Source: Octopus sinensis (taxonomy: Eukaryota). Taken from it: 64,000 nucleotides of DNA. This document shows, one piece after another, positions 28,921 to 45,749 of this stretch (its first letter is position 1; every line of letters begins with the position of its first letter). Position numbers and translations under genes: made by a program. Under the pieces are notes generated by a model that was not told the origin of the DNA, did not search any database, and saw nothing but the letters and a program-made list of their open reading frames with translations. The stretch is taken from positions 42,284,001 to 42,348,000 of the forward strand of contig NC_043003.1 in NCBI RefSeq assembly GCF_006345805.1. Direction: 5' to 3'.

Positions 28921-29692
28921 ATGTTCGCTTCGTTAACAAGGAGCTCCCGTGTTCGTTTCTGTTGCTTGATATTTTGAGCAAATATATTTATCGTAACCAA
29001 GGGTTTGATCCTAGTCATGCCAGTAGACTTTATTAGACGGAAACTATATATATAAGGTGGCCAGATTGACTATACATGTCTATCATACGAGTAACACTGT
29101 CTCGGCGCTGATGCTGATTCTATCAGAGATGTGAAAAGGATACATGAAAATTTTGAAGTCTCAGCTACTTCGCACGATAATTGGAGTATGTTTTCAAGTT
29201 CACCGAAGAACTGGAAGCGCAAGCGTTGAAATTGACGTGATTGTCACTCATTTATTGTTGTAGTAGTAGTAGGAGTAGTAGTTGTGGTGATGGTGGTGGT
29301 GGTGGTGGTGGTGGTGATCGTCGTCGTGGTTGTGTTATATATTTGTAAAATTGATGATAATGGCACAGTTGATGGAAGTGTTGGTAGGAGTGGGGTTGTG
29401 GTGAAGGTGGTTACGGCACTTGTGTTCGTCTTATTGTTGGCGATGATAGTGGTGGTGGTTGTGTTATTCTTGATGCTGATGATGGTAGTGGTGGAGATGG
29501 TTGTGGATTTTGTGATTATCATGTTGTTGTTGCTGCTGGTAGTTTGTGCTGGCGGTTTGTGCTGGTGTTCGAGAAGAAAGAATGGTATCGGTGAAAATTA
29601 TGATAAGGCAGCCCTGGTTCTTGTTTAATCATAGGACACCTCAAACATAGCAAACCTGGATTCTGAGTCACACAGGTACAAAATTATGCATT

Positions 29693-29832
29693 CTCTTTTA
29701 CTCTTTGACTTGTTTCAGTCATTTGACTGCGGCCAAGCTGGAGCACCGCTTTTAGTCGAGCAAATCGACCCCAGGACTTATTCTTTGGAAGCGTAGTACT
29801 TATTCTGTTGGCCGCTTTTGCCGAACCGCAAA
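29693..29832 (-). mobile_element. 3' half of SINE family B
   Basis: cttgtttcagtcatttgactgcggcca-gctggagcacc is the reverse complement of the family B tail at ~62300-62350. Confidence 0.8.
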
Positions 29833-29859
29833 GAATTTAGTGCAAATGTGACTACTCTA

Positions 29860-30015
29860 GGCACGGTTCTGTGGTAGGAAGTTTTCTTTCCCAGCACATG
29901 GTTTCGGGTTCGATTCAACTACATAACATCTTGGGAAAAGTATCTTCTATCATAGTCCAAGAACGACCGAGCACTTGTGAATGAATTTAATAGACAAAAA
30001 CAGAAAGACGATGAT

Positions 30016-30056
<41 letters not shown>

Positions 30057-30185
30057 TGTGGTGTGTGTGTGCATGCATTTGAGTTTGTGTTTCATCCCTA
30101 CTTGACAACCAATGATATTTGTTTCAATCTCCATAACTTAACGATTCGACACGAGACATTGTTACGATAAGTATCAGACTTAAAT
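29860..30185 (+). mobile_element. Decayed SINE family B with internal (GT)n
   Basis: tgtggtaggaag...catggtttcgggttcgattc head, internal (GT)n, then ttgacaacc...aacttaacgattcg, collinear with 61954-62359. Confidence 0.6.
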
Positions 30186-30854
30186 AAATACATAAATAAA
30201 TAACAAACAAACAATATCGGTGTCAATTTATTTAACTAAAATCCTTCAAGATGGTGTCCAAGTAAGGCCACAGTCCACTGACCAGAGGGGAAAAAAATAA
30301 AAGCTACTATTTTACTTCCACTGAATATAAAAAGATTCGCACGTTGACCCCCTGATGACAATAATGATGATGATGATGATGACGACGACGACGACGATAG
30401 AGGTGAGGAGGAGGAGGAAAGGCAAACTGCGATGTTATTACCCACACACACACATACACATACACACATATGCTCATACTAGATAATGCCATTGGCTAAA
30501 ACGTTGCACTCTGAATCCCTTTGTGACCACTGAGGATTTTTCAAGTGTAGTATGTACATACAGACCATGTGTGTTTTATTTATTCTGCTTGTGATACCAA
30601 ACCTATATATATACATATGAAACACATACGAACTCACAGCACTCTCATCGATATATTACTATAATTATTCTTTTACCTCATCTTCCATGTCCAGAGCTAC
30701 TAGATGGAAGAGGTATATAGTTAAATAAGGCTACGTAACGGCACGTTCATTTCGCCTGCAACGACGGCAGGTATCAGCGATTCCGATATGAACACATAAG
30801 CATACATACACACGCACACCGCGTTCACACTGATATATATGTGCGTATATGTGC

Positions 30855-30907
<53 letters not shown>

Positions 30908-31238
30908 CGCGCGTGTATATGTGTATGTATGTATATATATAGGAGATTTCTGATTAGAAAATGATTTCTGATTAGCTATAGAACCGTCTGAGCGTATAAA
31001 TGCCCCCATTAGACGAATTAAATTTTGCTTTGTGAAGTTAATATTCTTCCTCTTACTGCGTGTATATTTTGTTATTTTTGTGCCTATATGTATATATGCA
31101 TGCATCTACATATGTATGTTTGTATATATGTAGGTATGTACGTATGTATATGTCTATCTATACACACACACATTATATATATATATCTCATGTGCGTCTA
31201 CATATATATGTGTGTGTATCTATCTAGACATATGTAGA

Positions 31239-31277
<39 letters not shown>

Positions 31278-31893
31278 ATATATATATATATATATAATAT
31301 ATATATATATATATACTTGTGTCTGTGTGTGTGTGGGAACACATTCCAAAGTGTGTATGCATTATACATATGTACACACTCAGAGGAACACGAACACACG
31401 CAAACACACGTCCATATAACATAAAACTATGTACGCGTGTGCACATGGGAGTTGTTGGTCTATTATTATCTTGATATATATATATATATATCCCCATCAA
31501 CCCTCTCTTCATTGAAACCACTCAGTCGGAGAGAAATATGATGATATTAAATTCGAATTAACATCAAAAGGGAAAAAATACACTCTAAAATCTAAAAAAA
31601 CAAAATGACCACAGACGACAACAGTAACACATAAACAGTTAAAGACGAATATGTTATATTTTCATATCATCAAAAACATTCGTTAAATAAGTGTGTGTGC
31701 ATGTGTGTAGGTGTGTGCATGTGTGTATGTGTGTGTGTGTGTGTGTTGTGTGTGAGTGCACGTGCGTGTGTATGTGTGTAAATCATTTTTTTGTTTTTTT
31801 TTTGGTGTCTTAATTGCTTCAGTATTTTTTTTTAATTAACGAAATGAAACGCTTTTGAAAGATAAACAAATATTCCCTCCCTCTGGCCGTATG

Positions 31894-31924
<31 letters not shown>

Positions 31925-32077
31925 TATATATATATTATATATATATAATTTATATATATCCCACATACACTCACACACGCACATATACATATCTATATAT
32001 ATAATATAAATAATATATTATATAATATATATACATATATATATATACATATAACATATATATATACATATAAATAT

Positions 32078-32141
<64 letters not shown>

Positions 32142-32522
32142 ATATACGCATAACATTAGCAACGTGTCACCCCCGTCACACACTGCACTAGTTTATACAG
32201 TGAGTAAAGTGCACTCTATTTAGACACCCTACCATAAATGCAAGCACTGGAAAAGAGCTAACTATCTAGATATACAAGAAAATAACTTGGCTTAGTTGAT
32301 GGTTACTTTTAAAACTGCAATGGACGCGTCGAGGAATATTCAGTTTGTATATATAAGGAGAACAAAAGTTAGCATATGTTAAATTCCTTCGAACGACGGA
32401 TAGTTTCCTTTGCGATAAATGATCTGGCCCACGTTACTCTGAGTTCAAATTCTCTTCCAGTCATATTTTCTTCATTTAGGTTAAATAAATGTGTAGTCTT
32501 GTCTAGTAATAAACATCTCTCT

Positions 32523-32560
<38 letters not shown>

Positions 32561-33037
32561 GACTCTCCCCCCTGTGTCACACCTGATGAACAATGATATT
32601 TGCTTCGTCTAAAGAGTCGTACCCATGTCACGTGTCTACCGAAGTCGAGGCCATGCGTTTCCGTCAGAGTTAAAGAGCCCAAAGCAAAGTGCAACCAATG
32701 GGACACATGCAAGCTTGTATACTTGTTGCTTGCCCCATTTCCTCCACCCACCCTCTCTCTCTCATCCTCTCTCCACACACACTCATAGACATGCACATAC
32801 ACACACATCCACAAACACACATGTATAAGATCCTATTTTTTTGCGTGGATAGAAAGAAGTAACTGATTTCTGATGAAGCATTAATAAATATTATGGCGAA
32901 TATGAGGTTGGAGCTATGGTAGATGCTTACACTAAAACTCCGTACAATTGTGTTCACTACAAACACAGGGTCGCATGCATGCACATAACTCATTTCGACT
33001 TATTGTACTGGCAGCGTAATATATATATATCTATATT

Positions 33038-33084
<47 letters not shown>

Positions 33085-33085
<1 letters not shown>

Positions 33086-33300
33086 TAGCAGCTAAGTCCG
33101 GTTTCACCCGGTCGGTTTGGATGATGTAGCTGTAATACCTGCTCTGTGTAAGCGTTCGACTCCTTTGGGCACGCTTACGTTAAAAAGCAATTTTAGAATG
33201 ATTTTTTTCTGTCAAAACGCTAAAAATAACTGACCAACAAAGAAAAAACAACCAAGATTCAACCAAATCAAAAAATAAACCCAAATAGTAAGTGAAAAAA
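33085..33300 (-). mobile_element. Helitron-like 3' terminus (non-autonomous)
   Basis: Minus strand has hairpin ccgg-gtgaaa-ccgg, a 9-nt spacer, then CTAG followed by T in (TA)n. This is the canonical Helitron 3' signature. The left extent is uncertain. Confidence 0.5.
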
Positions 33301-33749
33301 GATGAACCATCCCCTCTCCAATGCGCACACACACAGACACACACACGCACACGCACATTCATACCCCCCTCCTTTTACATACACGCACATATATTCACAC
33401 AGAGTTTAAACGCTGCTTGATTTATCTTTTTCAGAGTACAATTTTCATCATCCCACTGCCAAGAATGACTTCACCATTTCATTCCTTATTCCTCTATCAC
33501 CCCTTCCTTTCCCGTTCATAAACAGTGTATTATTATAGTAGACTATCTCGGTAACCATGGGAACTATGAAAAAATACAAAGCCCAGCATCACCATTGGAA
33601 CATTCTACACATCTGTGTAATTTTTCGCGCAATTCCACCCAGCCGTTTGACTGTGGATCCCAAGACAAGAAAGAATCCCCCATGTCAAATGTATATGTAT
33701 GTGTGTGTGTGTGTTGTGTGTGTGTATTCTTTTATTTTTTTATTCTTCA

Positions 33750-34183
33750 ATTTGTTTCAGTCATTTCACTATGGCCATGCATGAGCACTGCATTTAGTCG
33801 AACAAATCGACCTTCATGACTTATTCTTTGTAAGCCTAGCACTTATTCTATTGTATTCTTTGGCCGAACCGCTAAGGTGCGGGGGCGTAAACACACCAAC
33901 ATTGGTTCTGAGGTGAATGTGGGGAGGACAAATACAGACACACCAACACACAAACGCACACACAAACTCACACACACTCACACACAGTCACGCAGTCATG
34001 CACGCCTATACACACACACATATATACTTATATACACAACAAACTTCTTTCAGTTTCCGTCTACCAAATCCACTCGCAACATTTCGTCGGTCTGAGGATA
34101 TAGTAGAAGACATTTGCCCAAGGTGCCACACAGTGGAACTGAACCCAGATCCATGTGGTTGGGAAGCAAGCTTCTTATCACAT
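33750..34183 (-). mobile_element. Near full-length SINE family B
   Basis: Collinear with 61954-62359 on the opposite strand, including the internal CA/GT tract. Confidence 0.8.
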
Positions 34184-34209
34184 ATGTATGATACGAAATT
34201 ACAAGATAA

Positions 34210-34373
34210 GTGAACTATGATTTTTTTTCAACATATTCCCCACTGAGATTCATCCACTTATTGCAACACTTCTTGAATTATTCTAAATCCAGTTAAAGAG
34301 CTTGCAAGATTAGGCATCCAACCAGGCTTTCACGATACCCTTAAAGTCAGGAACTTTCCAGCACCTCCTCCTA
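34210..34373. mobile_element. Partial mariner-type MITE (same family as 49661-49868)
   Basis: Shares body tattcccc-ctgagatt-atccacttattgca and right TIR aaagtcaggaactttccagcacc followed by TA. Confidence 0.75.
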
Positions 34374-34616
34374 TAATATATATATATATATATATAGCAA
34401 TAGAGACGGTGTGCTTATTCTTATCTCCATGACATGCATCTTTCCTCCCTGCGCAATTGTAACGGTGTGCTTTGTTTGGTGCAGATAATGCGTGGCACAA
34501 AGAGATTGATGTTAAAGTATTTTTCATAAAGATAAAATTTTCAACACACCTGGGGACAAACTTTGAAATATGTTTGCATGAAATTGCATAATACATTTTC
34601 TGCATATGTATCTACG

Positions 34617-34655
<39 letters not shown>

Positions 34656-34680
34656 TATATATGCATATATATATATAACG

Positions 34681-34788
<108 letters not shown>

Positions 34789-35121
34789 TATAGAGTGGAA
34801 TAGGACAATACATACAAAACCTAGTGCTCAAAAAGGCACTCACACACTCACATATGCTCATACACATATACAACACAACTATATTTTTATAAATAAATAA
34901 ATAAATATATATATATGTATATATAATGTATATATGCACATACACACATATATATATATATTATATATATATATATATATGTATATCTATATTTGGATAT
35001 ATATGCACATACATATATACATATATACACATATTTATACATACATATATACATATATATATATATGCATATATATATACATATATATATATACACACAT
35101 ATATATATATATATAACAAAC

Positions 35122-35180
<59 letters not shown>

Positions 35181-36003
35181 TGTGTGTGTGTGTGTGTTTG
35201 TGTGTGGAAAGTAGGTTTGAAAGTTAAGTATCTACATATACTCTATCTTTGCGAATGATAACAAATAGGATCTCTGCGTCACAGTTGAATGACAAAGTTT
35301 CCATTCTTGTGAACATCTGCAGTATTATAAGACTCTCGTATATCAAGCGGTATACTCGTAGACACGCCCTATACTCATCCGTATAAGACCCCCATGGCTA
35401 AAGAATATATCGCAGCAGGCAAAGATTTAATCGGCTGATAAATTTTCAGAAGTAATACTCTATTATATAGATATATATAGAGAGAGAGAGAAAAAAAGGG
35501 AAAGAAACTGACGCATTTATACATGCATATATACGTGCATACATACATACATACATACATACATACATACATACATACATACACATACATACATACATTC
35601 ATACATACATACATACATACATACATACATACATACATTCATACATACATACATACATACATACATACATACATACATACATACATGCATGCATGCATAC
35701 ATACGTACACTCATACATACATATATACGTATAGGTACGAACACACGATGATAGAAGTGCATTAACAAAAAAGGGTAGGTTACATTTTAGAATTTGGTGA
35801 ATAAATCGTAATGTCACCCACAACATATACCGACAATGAACCAAAGACTAACTTTGACTAACTTTATTCTTCGACAACCAGAGGCAATACCAGACGATTT
35901 CCAAAGGCTTACAAAGATTTCCAAACTTCCTGAGTATGCCAAGAATGAAACTCTTTCGCCGTTCCCAAAAGCACACACACACACAAACATACATACACAA
36001 GCA

Positions 36004-36055
<52 letters not shown>

Positions 36056-36913
36056 AGCACACACACATACATATTTATAACTGATAACTTTGAGAGGTTT
36101 CGGTCAGTATAGGTTAAGGCTATGTGTATCTTTATATTCATATATATATATGTATGTATATATACATCTACATATACGTATACATATACATATACATATA
36201 TGGCAAATGAAAGACAGAAGAGGCAATTGCTTCGACACATCTAGCATCAACAATTGTCTCATCAAAATTTGAACCTTGAGTTACTCTGGAACTTCTGCTG
36301 ATCATTAATGATACCCCGTCACAAACACACACACATACTCCTGTATGTATATATTCACACACGCACATACATATGTATATATATATATATAATCGTATCA
36401 AGAGAGCAAGGGCTTGACAAAAATCATTAACGTGATTTTTATCCTTATATTCTATTATGAATTAATATATAGAGAGTAAGAGATAAAAATTAAAAAGTGA
36501 AAGAGTCAAAAGGAAGAGCAAGTACGGTTAGGAAGCTTTTTAATCACTACAAATGTTTCGATACATACAGATCCTCCTATATACAGGATTTAAAGTTTAA
36601 ATTAAATTATTTAATGATTTACCTGGATAAGAAGATCTATATGTATCTCCTCAGGCGATACTCGGTTGCTTTCTCCGTAAGCAAATTTAGATTTCCATGC
36701 TACAACATTCATGGCTTCTTTTACTTTTTATTTTCACACTCGAGGAATACCTATGACTAGAATTGGTAGCATACCATAGGAATACTACCGGCTATTTGGT
36801 AATTCTAAGGGTAAACGAGCGCTATTTGTACTCTTATACGTTCTTAACGGAACACACCTATATACATATATATATATATACCTCTGGATATCCTTGTTGC
36901 TTATTTTGATTTT

Positions 36914-36991
36914 AATCACCTTAATTTGAGATTGTATGGATAATACCGTACTAAATTCTGGTGCCTCAACCTAAGTATTATATTCATCTGA

Positions 36992-36994
<3 letters not shown>
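36914..36994 (+). repeat. Unclassified ~80-bp interspersed repeat, copy 1
   Basis: About 85% identical to 58920-59000 (aatcacctta-tttga-attgt-tggataata-cgtact-aattctggtgcctc...catctgaatc). Confidence 0.75.
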
Positions 36995-37076
<82 letters not shown>

Positions 37077-37389
37077 AGTATGCAATTAAATTTTGGAAAA
37101 ATTAAAAGAAAAGTCTTTTTACATAGTATTCAAATAGAAGGGGCATTTTCCTTGTTTCTGCCTGTCTCTTTCTCTCTTGTTTACTCTTGTGGGACCGGCT
37201 TCTGGGCATTGTATAACCAATGTATATATATATATATACATATATATTTGTGTGTGTGTGTATACACATACAGACTTTTATACATGTGCATAAATGTGTG
37301 TGTGTGTACAAGTGTATCTGTATGTAAGAATTTATACATGTATATTAATGCGTGTGTTTGCGTGTTTGTGTGTGTGTCTCTGTGAGTGT

Positions 37390-37428
<39 letters not shown>

Positions 37429-37974
37429 TGTGTGTGTGTTTGTGTGTGTGTGTTTGTGTGTGTGTGTGTGCATACAAGTGTATCTGTATGTAAGAATTGA
37501 AAATACGTGGAATTTATTGTCAGAAATCTTAATTTGTAAGAGTGTTCAAATTTTCAAATAAAATTTAACGTGTAAGGAATATAAAAATATTTAAGCGTAT
37601 TCAATATTATAGCTCGCAAGAAATGAAACCGGGACTCTACGTTAAAACAGTTGCTTATTCACACAAAAGAGGAGCAGGCAATGTTTTCGAAGTTAGATAT
37701 ATCTGCACCTGTATCTTAATACAGTACTAAACGTTTTAAATCGTCTAAATTTCAGAGGAAACATAAAATTACCGAAATCTCGTTAAAAGATATGACAGAG
37801 CCAACGTGTCAAAGTTATGGGTCTTTGACGAATTTTAGGGTTGGTTGGTTACAGGGTATCACTAGGGTATAGTTATATGTTTGACAGGGTAGAGTAGAAG
37901 AAGATTAGATAAGACATAAACATTATAATGTGGTCCCAGGTGAATAAATTTCTCTCTCGGATAATCTCAAAATA

Positions 37975-38378
37975 CTTTACTTTTATCTTTCACTTGTTTC
38001 AGTCAGTGGACAGCGGCAATGCTGGGGCGTCACATTATAGGGCTTAATGGAACGGTATCGACCCCATTACTTTCTCTTTTTCTATCTGCTACTTCTGCTA
38101 ACTGTCTCTTATTCTGTAAAACCATGTTACAAAGACGTAAGCAAACTAATACTAGATGTCAAGCGTTATTGGGGGACAAACGCAAACACATAGACGCACA
38201 CACTTACATATAACACCTCAACAAACAGGTCTTTCTCAATTTCTGACTACCAAACCCACACAGAAGGCTTTGTACTGTCAGGAATTTAGTAGAAGACACT
38301 TGTCCAACGTAACACGTAGTCGGACTGAACACGGAACTTTAGATTTGGGAAGCAAACTTCTTACCACAAGGCAACGCC
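37975..38378 (-). mobile_element. Decayed full-length SINE family B
   Basis: Tail cttgtttcagtca and head cttcttaccaca-ggc--cgcct are recognisable. Confidence 0.65.
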
Positions 38379-38966
38379 TATACCTAACATCCATATATTT
38401 CTCGTTTATTTCATATCGTTATATAAGGCGTACGTTATTTGAAGTAACCCCAGCGTTACGTGAAGGACAGATGAGATATAAACCGTCGTGGCTACTCAGC
38501 TAGATAGAAATACCAACGTATATCCTGTAAATTACATCTTCATGGCGTATTATTCAAATAAATGGTTGTAAATATTTGATAATGTAGCACTAGATACATT
38601 ATGCGTGAATAAATGTCAGGGTGGCCTCGTGTCTGGATACTATAGGTCACGGGTCGGTATAACCTCACCTGACCTAGAGCTTAACAAATGCAGCAACAAT
38701 AGAAATGCATATGGATGATTCTCCCTTGGTTTTGACAATCGAGAGGCAGATGTTCGATCAACTGATTTACCTCCTCATCGGATTGGCGTGTAAACTGATG
38801 AACATTTCACGTACTGTTATAAGCATACATAGATAGATGAATACATACATACATAGATACATACATAGATACATACATACATACATACATACATACGTAC
38901 GTACATATATATATGTTTTATGCACACTTACATATGTGTACCCTATGTATTTGTGCGAATGTTTAC

Positions 38967-41302
<2,336 letters not shown>

Positions 41303-41967
41303 TTAGATAGATATATAGCTTTTCCACATGTATATGTGTGTGTTTTTGTGTGTGCGCATGTTTGTCTACACAAAGTTACACACGCATATAGAGAGATACG
41401 TATATGCACACACTCACACACATACACATAAGCGTGCACACACATACTTATGCATGGTTGCCATTTTAAGTGGTTCACTTTTCAACCGCATTTGATTTCA
41501 GACTGACTGTGCATTTATTTAGGGCAAGTGATTTATCCTATAGCCTTGACTGACCAATGTCTTGTGAAAGAAATTGGTGATACAATGTCCGGATACAATG
41601 TCCGTCATGTGTGTGTTTGTGTGTTCGTTAGTGTATTTGTGCGCGCACGTGCGTGTATTTCTCTCTCACCATTTGTAAAGCGATTTACGTCGTTGACAAA
41701 ATAATTCGTCAAAAGCGACAGATGCAATAGGAATCAGGAAAATAATTGCTGGAGTCGATTAAAGAAAAAAAAAGACTATTCGAATAGAGATAGCTAGGAT
41801 TTCGAGATTGGTGCGTCGGTGTTGAGCGTCTTACACGATATTTTAACATGCAAGTACCAATGCTTATAATTTTCGGATCCTGTGAGACCTCTGACAACAC
41901 AGGTTGCTCTCGGCTCTCACAGAAGCAACCAGATTAAATAAGTCCGAGAGTTCTGAGAAGCAAAATC

Positions 41968-42025
<58 letters not shown>

Positions 42026-42041
42026 TAGAATCCTTACAACT

Positions 42042-42243
42042 AAAGGCATGAGGACAGAAAATTTGCTAGAGAAGTCAAATCGATTACATTGGTTTCAGTG
42101 TTTCACTGGTAATTGATTTATCGACCTCGAAAGGATGAAAGGCAAAGTCGACCTCGGCGGAATTTGAACTCAGAACGTAGCGACGGGCTAAATACCACTA
42201 TGCACTTCGTCCAGCAGGCTAACAATTGTGTCAGCTCATCGCC

Positions 42244-42245
<2 letters not shown>
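42042..42245 (-). mobile_element. SINE family A
   Basis: Well-preserved core tcgacctcgaaaggatgaaaggcaaagtcgacctcggcggaatttgaactcagaacg, flanked by (AAT)n on both sides. Confidence 0.8.
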
Positions 42246-42282
<37 letters not shown>

Positions 42283-42492
42283 GCTTCAAATTTTACAAGA
42301 GTAGCCATTTTGGGTGAGGGAATAACTCGATTATATCGACCCCAGTATTTTTCTGATACTTAATTTATCGACCCCCAAATGATGAAGGGCAAATTTGATC
42401 TAGGTAAAATTTGAACCCAGAACACGAAGACAGACGAAACACTGCTAAGTATTTTGCCCGGCGCGCTAACGAATCTACCAGCTTATCGCCTT
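42283..42492 (-). mobile_element. SINE family A
   Basis: Collinear with the adjacent copy and flanked by (AAT)n. Confidence 0.8.
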
Positions 42493-42498
42493 AATAAC

Positions 42499-42596
<98 letters not shown>

Positions 42597-42598
42597 TA

Positions 42599-42635
<37 letters not shown>

Positions 42636-42637
42636 TG

Positions 42638-42691
<54 letters not shown>

Positions 42692-42715
42692 TATAATAAT
42701 AATAATAGTAATTAA

Positions 42716-43000
42716 TTATTTTATTAGCCACAAGGGCTTACATAAAACAACATTGAAGGACAACACATGACAATACAAAGGGTTTTACAACGTATAAACA
42801 TTTGAAAAGAATAAAAAAAATTAAACAAGAATCTCCCCTCTCATATCATTTCTTCTCAGGTGTATGCTCAGAATTGGTCCTTTTACACTGGTCATTCTTC
42901 CACCGTTTAACCTTTCAACATTCCACCTTCCAACAAACTTCCTAGAAGGCAAATCTTCCCTCTCTACCCTCATCTTCATCTTCAAGTGAAACTTGAAATG
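42716..43000 (-). mobile_element. Diverged Tx1-clade 3' fragment, copy 4
   Basis: Minus strand gives HFKFHLKMKMRVEREDLPSRKFVGRW, matching FFKYHLKRKVRVERQVLSSECFKKRW. It ends in the same tail (gcccttgtggctaataaa) as copies 1 and 2. Confidence 0.8.
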
Positions 43001-43419
43001 ATAATAACAACAACAATAATAATAATAATAATAATAAATGGTAATGATAATAACAGTGGGGCCACAGCTTGGCCGCAGCTCAATGACTGAATCAAGTAAT
43101 AAATGACTGAAGCAAGCAAAAGGAAAAAAATGAAATCTGAAGAGAATATATATAAAATTATAAAAATATGAAGAGAATCTAAAACTGATAGCTGGAAATC
43201 CCACACTTGCAAAATTGTGCGTGACTGACGTGACAAACGAATAAAATTTAAAGTCTGTTAATCAAATTCTTAATTGTCCAATTCCCTGGATAAGCCGTTA
43301 GTTCGCAACAACGGAGCGATCACTGCGTCATATCATATTTTGTTCAAACACACACAATATACGCAATTACCAGCGACCACACCTCAACCATAACTACTAA
43401 AATTATAATAATAACAATA

Positions 43420-43665
43420 ATCCTTTCTACTATAGGCACAAGGCCTGAAGTTTTGAGACTGGGGCCGTCTAGTTGATAACATCGACCACAGTGCTTATAG
43501 TAGAAAGCATTATTGGCAGAATCGATAGCATGCCGGACAACAAGTTTGACTTTGCTTTCCATCCTCTCAAGGTCGATAAAATACTCACCAGTCCAGTACA
43601 GGTGTCGATGTAATCGACTTTTACCTTTCCCTCGAAATTGGTGCCCTTGTGCTAAAATTTGAACC
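43420..43665. mobile_element. Two SINE family A fragments (minus tail piece, then plus piece with (ATT)n tail)
   Basis: ctataggcacaaggcctga is the reverse complement of the family tail. ggcagaatcg...gactttgctttccatcc...gtcgataaa lies on the plus strand. Confidence 0.65.
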
Positions 43666-43679
43666 CATTATTATTATTA

Positions 43680-43728
<49 letters not shown>

Positions 43729-43729
43729 T

Positions 43730-43760
<31 letters not shown>

Positions 43761-43774
43761 TTTGTTGTTAATTT

Positions 43775-44235
43775 TTCCTTCTTTCTTCAGATTTTCTCCC
43801 ATTTCTCGCCGAGTGTTTTCCGTACACCTAGGGCAGAGAAGCTCATTGAATGCATTCCCAGATTACACGCACAAATTCACAGGTAAAATATGTATTTAAA
43901 AAAAAATAATAAACAAATAAATTCATGAATGGATGTTGTTTTCACAATGATAATGCTCTTCTCAGTACATGAGTCGTTCTAGTTAATACGATTTTTTTTT
44001 CTTCCTGTAGGGATGGTAAGCCTGGTCTCATTTTCAAATAGGTTTCAGTACTTTTTTTTATCATTCCTAGAGATCCTACAATCGCTGGTACTGTAGTCGC
44101 CTTGAGATGCTAGACTTTTTCCATTTCAATTAGCAGGTCTTTATATTTACTGATATTGTCAAATTCTTTCGTCCCTATATTGTGATCGCAAGGAATACTC
44201 ATGTCAATTAATAAACACACCTTTTTTGTCTGATC
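43775..44235 (-). mobile_element. 3' end of an R4/Dong-like RLE non-LTR retrotransposon
   Basis: Minus strand gives CLLIDMSIPCDHNIGTKEFDNISKYKDLLIEMEKV*HLKATTVPAIVGSLG, an RLE C-terminal D...K..KY.DL..E...P.IVG.LG pattern. A 3' UTR and (AAC)/(AAT)n tail follow. Confidence 0.75.
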
Positions 44236-44238
44236 TTT

Positions 44239-44292
<54 letters not shown>

Positions 44293-44344
44293 TTTAAAAA
44301 AATTAAAAAATGAACGAACTACTGAGTTTGGTTTAATGGCCTAC

Positions 44345-44435
44345 CAATATACACTATGAGTTTCTTTGCCCTAGGAGTCGGGAAGACACTCGGCAAGAAA
44401 TGGAAGAAAATTTGAAAGAAGAAAAATAATAATAA
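44345..44435 (+). mobile_element. Very short 3' tail of the same R4/Dong-like family
   Basis: atgagtttctttgccctagg...acactcggcaagaaatggaagaaaat matches the last ~80 bp of 43775-44235. It is followed by (AAT)n. Confidence 0.7.
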
Positions 44436-44437
44436 TA

Positions 44438-44499
<62 letters not shown>

Positions 44500-44501
<2 letters not shown>

Positions 44502-44990
44502 CATGTACATTGTTCTGTCTTGGTATAAAAGATGGGCTACAGCAAATATTCTGCTCAATACCACAGATTTGCTTGTCAGTTGTTTGACCTTAACCAGTTG
44601 AGCATGTCCCTTAGTGGCTGACGATATGTGCATCTCTGATCACGAGCAGAAGTAGTGGGGGAGCATCATAGCCATGTGTTGAGCGGGATTCTTTGGGGTT
44701 TGAATAATTCACCTCTGGAAACATGGGTGGTTCTTTCAACATCCTTAAACAACCCTTATTCAGGGACCTTTTGAGCAGGATGGGCTACTCAACCTGAAGA
44801 AAATTCTAACTGGGCCCCACCTGCAAGGTCATGTGCTGTTTATCTTGATATGGGATCACTATGTCGCGCACATATGGTTGTGATGCATGTGCCTGGTGTA
44901 CCTTTATCAGACGGGTAGTCATGATGGGTATATTGGGCTTCGTATATTTTACCCCAGTGTCACTTTGATGGCATGCACTGCTCTCTCACT
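44500..44990. mobile_element. Unclassified ~490-bp interspersed element between (AAT)n tracts
   Basis: GC-elevated non-coding block with sharp (AAT)n borders. It resembles a common octopus repeat as I recall it. Only one copy is present here. Confidence 0.45.
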
Positions 44991-45007
44991 CAATAATAAT
45001 AATAATG

Positions 45008-45059
<52 letters not shown>

Positions 45060-45090
45060 TAATAATAATAATAATAATTATTATTATTAT

Positions 45091-45153
<63 letters not shown>

Positions 45154-45194
45154 CAGCAGCAGCAGCAGCTGCAGTAGTAGTAGTAGTAGTAGAA

Positions 45195-45398
45195 ACCTTT
45201 GCAAATAGCCAAAATGCTTCACGGCATTCCGTCTCCATGTTCTGAATTCAAATTACGCTGCGGTCGACTTTGTCTTCTTTCATGCTTTCAGGGTCAATAA
45301 AGTAAGTACCAGTTGAATACTAGGCGGATGTAATCAACCAGAGCACCCCTCCTCCAAAAGTTTCCGGCCTTGTGCCTATAGTGGAAACGATTATTATT
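45195..45398 (+). mobile_element. SINE family A
   Basis: ttctgaattcaaatt...gtcgactttg...gggtcaataa...gtaccagttg...ggccttgtgcctatagtggaaacgattattatt. Confidence 0.75.
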
Positions 45399-45399
45399 T

Positions 45400-45749
45400 G
45401 GCGAAAGCTACGTTGTTATCTTGATTCTGTAAACGGTGGCTTTTAACGGGTGGAGCGCTGAACCATCCTAGGGTACAGAGGATTCGCAATCTAGACTAGG
45501 GTCTGAAAATTTAACACACCATAGCGGGTTACACCATGGTTCCTCTGCTTTGTGGTAGGAGTAGGAATAAAGAGTGAGAGAAAGTTGTGGTGAAAGATTA
45601 CAGCGGAGTTTATCACCACCCCACGCCGGAGCCTCGTTGAGCTTAGGTGTTTTTGCTCAATAAACACTCACAATGCCCGATCGGGGAATCGAAACCGCGT
45701 TCTTACGACCGCGAGTCTGCTGCCCTAACCACTGGGCCATTGCGCCTCC
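45400..45749 (-). mobile_element. SINE family C (tRNA-Arg-like head)
   Basis: 45570-45749 is the reverse complement of 50039-50215. The extent of the distal tail is uncertain. Confidence 0.75.
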
